Assembly (NCBI GenBank): GCA_951406725.2
Contig: OX597815.1
Span: 52,018,001-52,082,000 of the forward strand
DNA length: 64,000 nucleotides
Direction of reading: 5' to 3'
Source: Octopus vulgaris
Lineage: Eukaryota
Below are positions 25,121-36,479 of the stretch, piece after piece. Position 1 is the stretch's first letter. Every line of letters starts with the position of its first letter. Position numbers and translations under genes: made by a program. The notes beneath the pieces were generated by a model. That model was not told where the DNA came from, did not search any database, and saw only the letters and a program-made list of their open reading frames with translations.

Positions 25121-25543
25121 TAGGCGCAGGAGTGGCTGTGTGGTAAGTAGCTTGCTAACCAACCACATGGTTCCGGGTTCAGTCCCATTGCGTGGCATCT
25201 TGGGCAAGTGTCTTCTGCTATAGCCCCGGGCCGACCAAAGCCTTGTGAGTGGATTTGGTAGACGGAAACTGAAAGAAGCCTGTCGTATATATTTATATAT
25301 ATATATGTATGTGTGTTTGTTTGTGTGTCTGTGTTTGTCCCCTTAGCATTGCTTGACAACCGATGCTGGTGTGTTTATGTCCCCGTCATTTAGCAGTTCA
25401 GCAAAAAGAGACCAATAGAATAAGTACTGGGCTTACAAAAAAAGAAAAAGTCCCGGGGTCGAGTTGCTCGACTAAAGGCGGTGCTCCAGCATGGCCGCAG
25501 TCAAATGACTGAAACAAGTAAAAGAGTAAAGAGTAAAAGAGTA
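25121..25543 (+). mobile_element. Full-length, little-diverged SINE family A
   Basis: CpG-rich complete copy; (AAAGAGTA)n tail; possible 4-bp TSD agta at 25117-25120 / 25540-25543. Confidence 0.92.
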
Positions 25544-25903
25544 CCAGTTTCAGTCATTGAGATTTTTTCAACTGTAAGTATGGAAAACAATTAAATTTTG
25601 GAAAAATTAAAAGAAAAGTATTTTAAAAGAATATTTGCATAGTATTCAAATACAAGGGGCTCTCCTATGCTCCATGCTGTCTCTCCTACGTACATTGTTG
25701 TTTTGTTTCTGCACTGTCCCTCTGTACATCTTATACTGTAGACTACATTTTTAGCTTTACAGTTTCTTATTGGGCTAAATCTAGACAAGAGAGACAGAGA
25801 CAGGCAGAAACAAGGAAAATCCCCCTTGTATTTGAATACCAAGCAAATATTCTTTTAGAAAACTTTTCTTTTCATTTTTCCAAAATTTAATTGTTTTCCA
25901 TAC

Positions 25904-25943
25904 TTCAGTTGAAAAAGTCTCAATGACTGAAACCGGTACTGAA
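25904..25943 (+). ncRNA. Degenerate minimal hammerhead motif
   Basis: uucag-UUGAAAA-aguc(ucaau)gacu-GAAA-ccgg-UA-cugaa: stems I-III intact, core has 2 mismatches to CUGANGA. Confidence 0.55.
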
Positions 25944-25982
25944 ATGTTTTTTATAAAATTATTTTACCATTTTCTATCTTGA

Positions 25983-26079
<97 letters not shown>

Positions 26080-28779
26080 CATGCTTCTATACATTTTGCA
26101 TCTATCAAATTTCATTTACAAGTCATTGATTGGCCTGAGGCTATAGCAGAAGATACTTGCTCAAGGTACAGTACAGTGAGGTAGAATCCCAAAGCCTGTG
26201 CTTTCAAAGTATGCTTCTCAATCACATAGTGATGCTTTGCACCTTGTTAATAATATTTGTAATAAGATAAGTTTGTGTACTGTGTGGAAAGCTGGGTGAG
26301 TTCTGATGTTATGGACAGAGACAAATAAAGAAAATGTGTATAATGAGCTGGCAAAATTAGCTGATAGATGAGGGTATATTTCTGAAAAATACAAGTAAAA
26401 ATCAGTTGGAAATATAAATTGAAGCAGTGACCATTAGCTAACTGTTAGAGAGTGCCCGGATCAACAAGCACCAGACTTTATAATAACACTACCCAGAGCC
26501 AAATCAATAAGTTTAGGACATCACTTTCATTTTTCTCATAATTACTTATTGGCAAAAGTGAAACTAATGTCGTAAATTTAAAAACCAATGAGATCTGTTC
26601 TATTATAAATCTATTTAGATCTAGGTTGCTATTTTATTTTATCAACTCTGTAAGGCTCAGGCTGTGGGGTAAGAAGTTTGCTTGATTCAGGGTTCAGTCC
26701 CTGAACTATGGTACCTTGGGTAAGTGTGGCTCAACCAAAGCCTGTGAGTGGATTTGGTAAAAAGAAACTGAAAGAAACCCATTCTGTGTGTGTGTGTATG
26801 TTTGTGTACAATAAAGGTTCCAGTTGATCTGATCAACAGAATAGCCTGCTCATGAAATTAATGTGCAAGTGGCTGAGCAGTCCACAGACACACGTACCCT
26901 TAACATAATTTTTAGGGAGATTCAGAATGATACAGAATATAACAAGGCTGGCCCTATGAAATACAGGTACAACTCATTTTTGCTAGTTGATTGGACTGGA
27001 GCAATGTTAAATAAAGTGTCATGTTCAAGGACACAACACACTACCAAGAATCAAACTTATGACCTTATGATTGTGACCTGAATACACTAACCACTAAGTC
27101 ATATGCCTTCGCACACACACACACACACACTTCATTCAATGCAACACTAAAATTGACATAAAACTTTAACCAGTTCAATCTGAAAGGATATTACAGTGAA
27201 AACCCCGAAGAAATTACACTGGTATTATAGCAAAGTTGCAATTGCATCAGTTACTAACTGATGTAGTGGAAGCATATGCAGGTCAATATTAAGCTGTATT
27301 TAAATCAAAATCATCATCATCATCATCGTAAATTAAAATTCATGAAATGCTACTTCATCATATTCCTTATTATTATTTACTCACACACACACATGTATAT
27401 ATGCGTCGATGTGTGTTACTGTCTCTTGCCGTGACATTGCATGATAGTTGTGTCATACCACTATGCAGATGGCGTCCGTCATTTCCAATCTTCCGTGTCT
27501 GGCCAGGGGGGAATATTACCTAACTGGGAAACAGGTGAGGGTTGGTGACACAAAGGGCCATAGAAAATCTGCCTCAACAAAATCTATCCCATCCATGCAA
27601 GCATGGAAAAGTGAACATTAAAAGGTAATGATGATGCTATAAAAGGATAAAGAGAAAATTGCCCTCACTGAGTTTACAACTCAAAATGTAAAGAGAGTAA
27701 CTATTTACTGCAGCCATTGTGTCTCACACTAATGATTCTACCAACCCACCACCATTTAACTTGCTAGAGATATCAGCCAAATCTCTCACATATCATACCC
27801 TACCACCTTAATAACAGAAGGACATTTTGGATAGCATTGCTACAAATACACTATATTTTTTATCTTTGTATCTTTTACTTATTTCAGTCATTGGACTGCA
27901 GCCATAATGGGTACCACTTTGAAGAGCTTAGTTGAACAAATTGACCCTAATACCTGTTCTATCAGTCTCTTTTGCTGAACTGCAAAGTTATAGGAACATA
28001 AACAAACCAACATCAGTTGTTTAGTGGTGGGAGAGGACAAACACAAAGACGGGCACACAAATGTATATATATGTAGGGCCTCCACACAGTTTCTGTTTAC
28101 TAAATTCACTCACAAGGCATGGGTTAATTGAAGGTTATAGTAGAAAACACTTGCCCAAGGTACCAACCTGTGGTACTGAACTTGAAACAATGTGATTGCA
28201 AAGCAAACTTCTTAACCACATAAGCATGCCTGTGCTTATATCTGAAGAAAAAAAAGGCAGTATAGTCTTAGCTTGAATACCTTTAACCAGCTCTAAAACC
28301 ATGCTAAAACAGACAATCAAGCCTGGTTCTGTCCTCTGCCAAGCCAGCTCTTGTCAGACCATCCAACCCATGCCAGCATGGAAAAATGAATGTTAAATGA
28401 TGAGATGATAATGACAATGATGATGATGATGATGATGATGATGGCTTACTTTATCGGGTCTAGCCTGTGGTTAAACAAAACAATAAGAGATCGTAATCAA
28501 CAGTAAAGGGCCTAATACATATCTTATTAATAAGGATACATGTAAAGCTAGATGGTTATGAAAAGAAAAAATTAACCTCATTTGGATTTGAGCTTAGACC
28601 AGCAAACCATCAAGTTAGATAGAATGAAACATCCAGTTTAACTCTTGACTGTCTATTACACCAATCTCATTACTATTAGTATATTGATTTCTTACATAGG
28701 TTATACCCATTACCTCTCCTAAGTACAAAGCGATAGGAAAGTAATGTTGGTGAAGATGGTGCTGAAGTAAGAATGAGGA

Positions 28780-29400
28780 GAGGAAGATGGAGTTGAAAGT
28801 GGCAGAGAATTTTGTTGTGTGATGGAGAAAGAAGTGAAGGAGGTGACTGATGGTAGTGGTGGTGGTGGTGGTGGTGGTGGTAGAGAACTCATCTGTTTAA
28901 AGAATCTTGACATTTGACCATAATAACAGGTAAAAGCAAATATGAATATTTAACAGCCATTATTCTGCACCAATAACACCTCATTCATCACAATCACTCT
29001 GACTGGTATCACAACTTTAATACTGATGATAATTATGACTACCGAGGTGGTGGTGATGGAGGTGATGATGGCGGTCGTGGTGGTGACTGTGAAGCTGATG
29101 GTATTGGTGGTGGTGGTAGCAGTAGTGATAGTGATGATGATGACGAAAGTATTGATGATGAATACAATGACCATGATGATGCTGGATTTCATCATTGTCC
29201 TCATCAGCGTCACTGCATCTTAACCTCTGTTGCACCATCATTAGGTGTAACAGTAGCAACAACTTTTACAATAATCTCTTTTTCACTTTTCACAATAATT
29301 TAAAGAAATATTGTGTTTCAATGCAGTGAATAATTATTGTAACAACAACAACAACGACAGCAACAACAGTAGCAGTGGCAGAAACAGTAACATCATCGGC
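28780..29400. repeat. (GGT)/(GAT)/(CAA) trinucleotide low-complexity region
   Basis: Seen directly. Confidence 0.85.
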
Positions 29401-29704
29401 TGTAGAAACAACAATAAGTCAATGTGAGATACAAACAATAAAAACGGCAAGCAATAATAGTTTATAATGATTTCAAATGTTGGCACAAGGCTGGCAATTT
29501 TAGGGGAGGGGAGAGTCGATTAGTTCTACCCCAGTGCTCAACTGGTACTTATTTTATCAACCCTGAAAGAATGAAAGGCATGATGCATGTGCCTGGTGTA
29601 TCCTTATCAGAGGGGTAGTCATGATGGGTATACTGGGCTTCGTATATTTTACCCCAGTTTCACTTTGATGGCGTGCACTGTTCTCTCACTCAATAATAAT
29701 AATA

Positions 29705-30020
29705 AAGTCTCATAATATTAAGATCTGGAATTAGAGGCAACTTGAATGTGGAGCCTAAAGACAGAAACAATTCCTATAATAGTAGGTGCATTAGGTATGA
29801 TAAAAAAACATTCAGACAAATATATAACCAAGATACCAGGGCTTACAAAAGTATATGACATACAGAAATTAGCCCTATTAGGCACTGTGCACATTCTATG
29901 TAAAGCGCTTTCAATGCAGTTAAAATGAGAGCACCACAACGAACTACAACACATACCCAAGACATACAGAGCTGTGCTCAGTAGTGCAGTGAAAGCATGT
30001 GATAACAATAAGACTACTGG
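29705..30020 (+). mobile_element. Dong/R4-like RLE LINE 3' end in (TAA)n
   Basis: MWSLKTETIPIIVGALG..DIQKLALLGTVHIL; TAA repeats on both sides. Confidence 0.85.
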
Positions 30021-30049
<29 letters not shown>

Positions 30050-30051
<2 letters not shown>

Positions 30052-30893
30052 AACTGAAAATAGATGGGTAAAGAAAAGAATGCATGGACAATTTCATAGG
30101 GATGTTGAAGACAGACAGAGAAAAAAGATGGCTGTGGATGACTTAAAGTGATTTAAAACTGGAAACAGAGGCTCTAATCTGTGCTGCCCAAGAGCAAGCA
30201 CTAAGAACAAACTACATAAAATACAGAATAGACAACACAGCAGAAAGTGATAAGTGCAGAATCTGTGGACAAAATGGTGAAACTGTATGGCATATTATCA
30301 GCCAATGTATGCCATTAGCCCAGAAGGAATATAAGAAATTCCACAACAATATAGCAAGGCTTGTCCATTGGATGCTTTGCAACAAGTATGGACTTGACAG
30401 AGCAAAAAATTGCTATGACCACAAACCTGAAGGCATCATCAAAAATGATAATGCAAAGATCCTGTGGGATTTTATGATTCAGTGTGGCCATGAGATAGAG
30501 AATAGGAAGCCAGACATAGTCTTAATTGAGAAAGAAAGCAAACTAGATATAGCATGCCCAGCTGACAACAAAGTATGCAGTAAGGAAGAAAGAAAAGTTG
30601 ATAGATATGACAGGTTAGCTTGGGATATAATGCAGTTGTGGTTGAGGAAAAAGGTGGTAGTAGTAGTACCAATAATTGTTGGAGCCCTGGGAACAGTGAG
30701 CAAAAATCTTGGGAAGTACATGGAACAAATAGGGGCTACAATAAGAGTGGAGGACTTGCAGAAAACAGCACTACTTGGAACCATTTGAATACTCTGGAAG
30801 GTGTTTGAAAAATATGAAGTGTTACCTTAGTCCACTGGTAGTGAACAGCTGACACCATAGTACATCTCCAGTGTTAGAAGCTGTGCAAAGGCA
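30050..30893 (+). mobile_element. Dong/R4-like RLE LINE 3' fragment
   Basis: MHGQF, AAQEQALRTNY, CRICG..HIISQC, KILWDF..RKPDIVL..DIACP..PIIVGALG..QKTALLGT; 3' UTR shared with 44960-45052. Confidence 0.92.
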
Positions 30894-32869
30894 TTTTACC
30901 TTTTACTGTTTTAATCATTGGACTGTAGCCATACTGAGGTACTGTCTTGAAGGGTTTATTGAAGAAATTAACTCCAGTACTTAATTTCCGAATTCTGCTA
31001 CTTATTCAGTTGGTGCCTTCTTGCCAAATTGCTAAGTCTCAGGAATGTAAGCAATTATTACTACTTGTCAAGCAGTGGTAGGGGACAAACAAATACAAAC
31101 ACACACACACACGCACACACACATGCATGCACACGCATGCACGCATATGCATGCATGCACACATATGCATGCATGCACACATATGCACGCATGCACGCAT
31201 ACACACGCATGCATGCATACGCATGCATGCACGCATACGCACACATGCACGCACACGCACACACACGCACACACACACACATACACACACACACATACAC
31301 ACACACCCTATGACAGACCTCTTTCAGCTTCCGTCCACCAAATCCTTTCACAAAGCTTTGGGTGGCCTGGGGTTGTAGTAGTAAATATTTGCCCAACTTG
31401 TCACAGAGTAGGACTGAACCCAAGACCACATGTTTAAGAAGCAAGCTTCTTAACAATGCAGTCATACTTGTGCCTGAGCAAAATAAATGTGATTTTGAAA
31501 TTCCCAGCAATACAACTTTTTGCTGTTGTTTAGCCCAGGTCAAACATGCTAGCAGCTGCTTGAGTATTCTTATTATTTTTCAAGCATTGTCTATTTAGGA
31601 TTATATTGTGTACTGTGTCACCCAACAATTTTTGTTTTAAGACAGTAGAGTTTGATATATGAGAGAGTTGGTTGCTATTTATAGAGGGTCTGATTTTGGT
31701 TATACAATTTTGTATCATCTAATGATACTACTGAGCACATTCAAGTTGCATTTGAAATAAGTTCTGGTGACTAACATTATGTTAAATCTTTCAAAATCAT
31801 TGATTTCCTTGACACAAAATTGCAAGTTTTGAGGGAAGGATATTATTGCTAAAATTGCCTGAAGTTTCTTTCCTCAATACTAAAGGGAAGAATGGTGAAG
31901 TGACTTTCTGGTTGGATTTGAACTCCAAATGTACAGGATTGACTGTATACTTGAAGTTATTCTGGCACAAGGTTACCATTTAAATGGGAAATTTACATTC
32001 AAATGAATCAGTTCAAATACATGTCGGATACTTATTTTGGATTACCCTGCAGTGTTTGAACTCAGAACCTACATAGATGGAAATAAATATTTTGAGGTTG
32101 CTACTGTTGTTTAGTTTCAGGTCAACACTGATCAATAACATCTATGGTCAGAGGCACTACAGCCAAGATTATCCCATGTATTATTTTCAATCATACTATA
32201 TATATGCTTACATTTTCCCATCTTTTATTCAAGCATATTGCCCCTGACCCAAAGTTCTAGGGTCACTTGCGTAATTATTTGTTTTCAACAGTAGGGTCTG
32301 ATTTGAAGGATATTTAATTGCTATTTCTAGCATGATGAGCGAGCTCATAGAGGCTGGATACTGCAAGGCATTTAGTTCTGGTTCTCTATTACTTTTGTCA
32401 CTAGATTGTTTTTTTGTGCTTCTGTCTCTTAAAGGGGAGAACATTATACAGATTTACAACAAAACTATCAATAGGACATAGCAAGGTTGAATGCTTAAGA
32501 AGTATTCTTCGCAATTACTAAGTCTGATATCTTTAGAGAATGTCTTTTATCTTAGCTTCAGGTTGACCTAAACTTTGTAGATGAAATCAGATTGGCAGAA
32601 ACTCTATGGGAGTCAGTTGAATTGAACCTGTAATTTAATGGCCTACCCTTATAATACTGGCTCACTGATTCTGCCTGAGAAATACATCAATGGTACATGT
32701 GTCTGTGGAATGTTCAGTCACTAATTCAATGATCAGACAACTGGAAGGTCATTGTTGGAGAGTCATTATTAGTTAATGGAGACTCATTATTAGTTAGGAT
32801 TTTCATGTAAAACAGCAGAAACAATTTCACTGAACAAATCAATCCAAATTTATAACAAAGGGAATTTGA

Positions 32870-33715
32870 AGATGTGAACAAGAGACACAGCTTTCTCCAT
32901 CCATCTTTTCCTGTCATAAACCAACATTGTGTGTTCCACCTTCTTCCTCCCTGTTCATTCTTTGATGATGTTCATCCATCCTTTTGTGATCTTCCTATGT
33001 CTCTTTTACCAGAGAGCTTTGTCTGTGTATGATCATATTTGCTAGAGCTAGAGTGTAATGGTGTCATGCTACACAACCAAACCACTTTATTTTCCACCTT
33101 TTAACTATTTGCCAGAAGACTTTCATGGTTCACAGTCTTCTCAATAATTTCTTTTTTAACACACTCATTACTTTGATGTTGTCTTTATGAGGTGTGAAGC
33201 ACTTTTCTGTCATATTTCATTTCAAAGACCAAGATCTTTTACTTGTGTTCAGCATCAATGGACATGATTTGTACCCAAAAAGTGCAGCTGAAATGATTGT
33301 TGCTTTTGCAAAATGAAATTTGTTGTTTTAATCATTTTATTTTTCTAAACAGGGATCTTACTTTGCTAAAGCTACTGTAGCTGCTGCAAATCCTGCATTT
33401 TATTTCTTTCTTTGATCTCTCATCTCCTGTTGTTATTCTCCCTAAATATTTAAATACATCAACTTGTTTGAGTGTCTTCTCTACTATTTCAATTGAATTG
33501 ACTATTTTCTTTTTGTTCTTATTAGTCATCATTATTTTGCATTTTCAGTGCTTATTTCCATTCCATGTCTTCTGGCAATTGTGTCATGACATGTTGTCAG
33601 ATCTCTAAGTTCTTTCTCATTTTGCCATATTAGATCAATACCATCTGTAAAATAGAGAATGTTGATTTCTCTACCTCCAACTTCCACATTTTCTTGTATC
33701 TGATTATTGTATCTT
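32870..33715 (-). mobile_element. Old RTE-type LINE fragment
   Basis: LKQVDVFKYLGRITTGDERSKKEIKCRI (33332..33532), degenerate NLxFxDxIDL and C-terminal GKR.IGR...W. Confidence 0.7.
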
Positions 33716-35120
33716 GGTTAAAGATCCCCCCCACATTTTAAAAAAAAATTTGATTACTTTCCAACCAAAATCATAATTTTTGATATACATAAAATGACTC
33801 CATAATATTTTCTATTGTTCAGCTAATGTTATATTTTAGGGCCCCATGCTACACACAGTTAAAAACATTTTGAAGTTAATGAAGTTGTGGTAACCACAGT
33901 CTAACTGCAGTTCCAAGTATTTTTCTACCAAAATATTAACTTTACAAGTATTTCTCTCTCCCTGGAAACCAGCCACAAACAAACATAGGTTGGTTTCTAA
34001 CTATTGTTCTTATTGTTAGTTTCATTTAAGCAAGTTAAAAATAATAGGTGCAGGCATGGCTGTGTGATTAAAAAGCTTGCTTTGCAACCATGTAGTTTCT
34101 GGTTCAGTCCCACTGTGTGGCACATAGAGCAAGTGTCTTCTACAGTATCCCCAATTTGACCAATGCCTTGTGAGTGATTTTGGTCGACGGAAACAGTGGA
34201 AGCACATAGTATCATTATCATAATCATCATCATAATGCTCACCATTATTTAATGTCCATTTCTCATGCTGGCATAGGTTGGATGGTTTGACAGGAATAGG
34301 CAAGTCAGAAGACTAAGCGTTGCTGTCTATTTTTGACATGGTTTCTACTGTTAGATGCCCTTCTTAATGCCAACCAGTTTACAGAGTGTACTGGGAGCTT
34401 TTTATATGGCACCAGCAACAGTGAGATCACCAAATAACTTGCAGGATGAGACCCCTCAACTGGGGAAGAAAGTATTTTTAAGGGAAGAAAAGGTGTCTTG
34501 AGAAAAGAGACATGGCTTCCTCAGATAGAGAAGAGAGAGAGGTGAGAAAGATGGTGAATATGTGACAGAGAGGGGCCAGGGGCCATACACCCAAGTTATA
34601 GGGTCATGTATATCGTAGAGTGGATCAGGGATTGAAGAGGGTAGGTAGGTGGGTGAGTTCATAAAATTTTGAAAGTAGAGTGAGAGCTAGAGTTGGGGAG
34701 GAAGGGATTTAACAGGGGCATATTGTGTGGAGGTAGGTAGATGGATACCTGAGAGAGACTGGAGGGAAGTGAGGGGAATATACATATGCATATATATCTG
34801 TGTGTGTGTGTGTGTGTGCCTTTGTGTCTATTTGTCCCCTCCACAACTTAATAACGATGCTGGTTTGTTTATGTTCCCATAACCTAGTGGTTCAGCAAAG
34901 CAACCAATTGAATAAGCACCAGACTTAAAAGAAAAAGAAGTACTGTGGTCAATTTGTTTGACTAAAACCCTTCAAGGTGGTGCTCCAGTATGGCCACAGT
35001 CCAATGACTGAAACAAATAAAAGAAGATAAAGGAAGATATTGCAAAAATCTGCTTGGGTGGTTATATAAATTAAGAGCAGAGTTTGTTTGAGTTCTTTTT
35101 AGCATTTTCATTTGTTTGAA

Positions 35121-35538
35121 CCCTTTAGAATTCAGATTACTCTGTTAAATGTAATGCTTATATAGTCATACTGTTTTGAATTAGTCATGTATTACCTTGT
35201 AGCTTTAAGATTTTGAAGATTTTGATTATGTGAACGTTCATTTTTAAAATGACAAAGTAGGGTAGATGTGAAAGGCAGGATCTGGTCGGTTTGAAAAGAA
35301 AATGGGTGTAAGATTTTGGCTGGATATTCTCTTACATGTTTCAGTCATTTGACTGCAGCCATGCTAGAACACTGCCTTCAAGGGTCTAGTTGAAGAAATC
35401 GACCCCAGGACTCATTCTTCGTAAGCCTAGTACTTATTTTATTGGTCTCCTTTGTTGAACTGTCAAGCAATGGCGGGGGAGACAAATACAGACACAAAGA
35501 CACACACATGAATGTATATACATACACACATACATACA

Positions 35539-35569
<31 letters not shown>

Positions 35570-36131
35570 GTATGTATGTATGTATGTATGTGTGTATGTA
35601 TATACATTCATGTGTGTTTTGTATACATTACGAAGAATGAGTCCTGGGGTCGATTTCTTCAACTAGACCCTTGAAGGCAGTGTTCTAGCATGGCTGCAGT
35701 CAAATGACTGAAACATGTAAGAGAATATCCAGCCAAAATCTTACACCCATTTTCTTTTCAAACCGACCAGATCCTGCCTTTCACATCTACCCTACTTTGT
35801 CATTTTAAAAATGAACGTTCACATAATCAAAATCTTCAAAATCTTAAAGCTACAAGGTAATGCATGACTAATTCAAAACAGTATGACTATATAAGCATTA
35901 CTATATAAGCATATATATATATGATATATGAATGTACATACATACACAAACACATATGACAAGCTTCTTTCAGTTTCCGTTAACCAAATCTACTCACAAG
36001 GATTTGGTCAGCCCAAGGCTATAGTAGAAGATACTTGCCCAAGGTGCCGTGCAGTAGGACTGAACCTGGATCCATGTAGTTGGGAAGTAAGCTTCTTACT
36101 ACACAACCATGCTGGTTTAACTGCTAAAGCA
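35121..36131. mobile_element. piggyBac-like MITE containing a family-A SINE (about 35327-36110, minus)
   Basis: 35121-35326 is the reverse complement of the MITE at 2345-2530; the other terminus gctaaagcattaa lies at ~36123-36135. Confidence 0.7.
35151..35901. repeat. Near-perfect inverted duplication, 274-bp arms, plus inner palindrome
   Basis: 35151-35424 = reverse complement of 35628-35901 (one mismatch seen, no indel); inner palindrome ~35502-35617 centred in (CATA)n/(TATG)n. Confidence 0.95.
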
Positions 36132-36479
36132 TTAATAGTAGCATAATAGTTGATTCTGGCCATATACAGAGCCATTTTTCAGGACAGAGTCCACTATTAC
36201 AAATACCATTAGTAACATATTTACTTCTCTGCTGTAACAGTTTTGCATATGTTATCTGTTCTAAGTGATATATGACAGTTTCCTAAATGTTTGCATAATT
36301 TCTTCTGAAGTGATTTCAGATTCCTACTATATGTTAAAAGAAATTTCCTTGCTTACTATCTACTTCTGTTTTGTGGTCCTAAAGTCCTTCACAGTAGCCT
36401 CTATCTATTAATTTACTTACTAGGTTTGGTTAGTTAGTTGCTGTATTTATCAAACCTAGTTAACTTTGGAAATCATTAT

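Larger units (their letters stand above)
25068..25988. mobile_element. Penelope-type inverted pseudo-LTR pair enclosing a GIY-YIG fragment
   Basis: Left arm 25068-25120 + 25544-25660 is the reverse complement of 25822-25988. The spacer encodes NCKAKNVVYSIRC..C..YVGETAWS on the minus strand. Confidence 0.8.

Noticed and set aside
25121-25200. tRNA gene
   Set aside because: A/B boxes are present but continue into a multicopy SINE body with no proper cloverleaf end.
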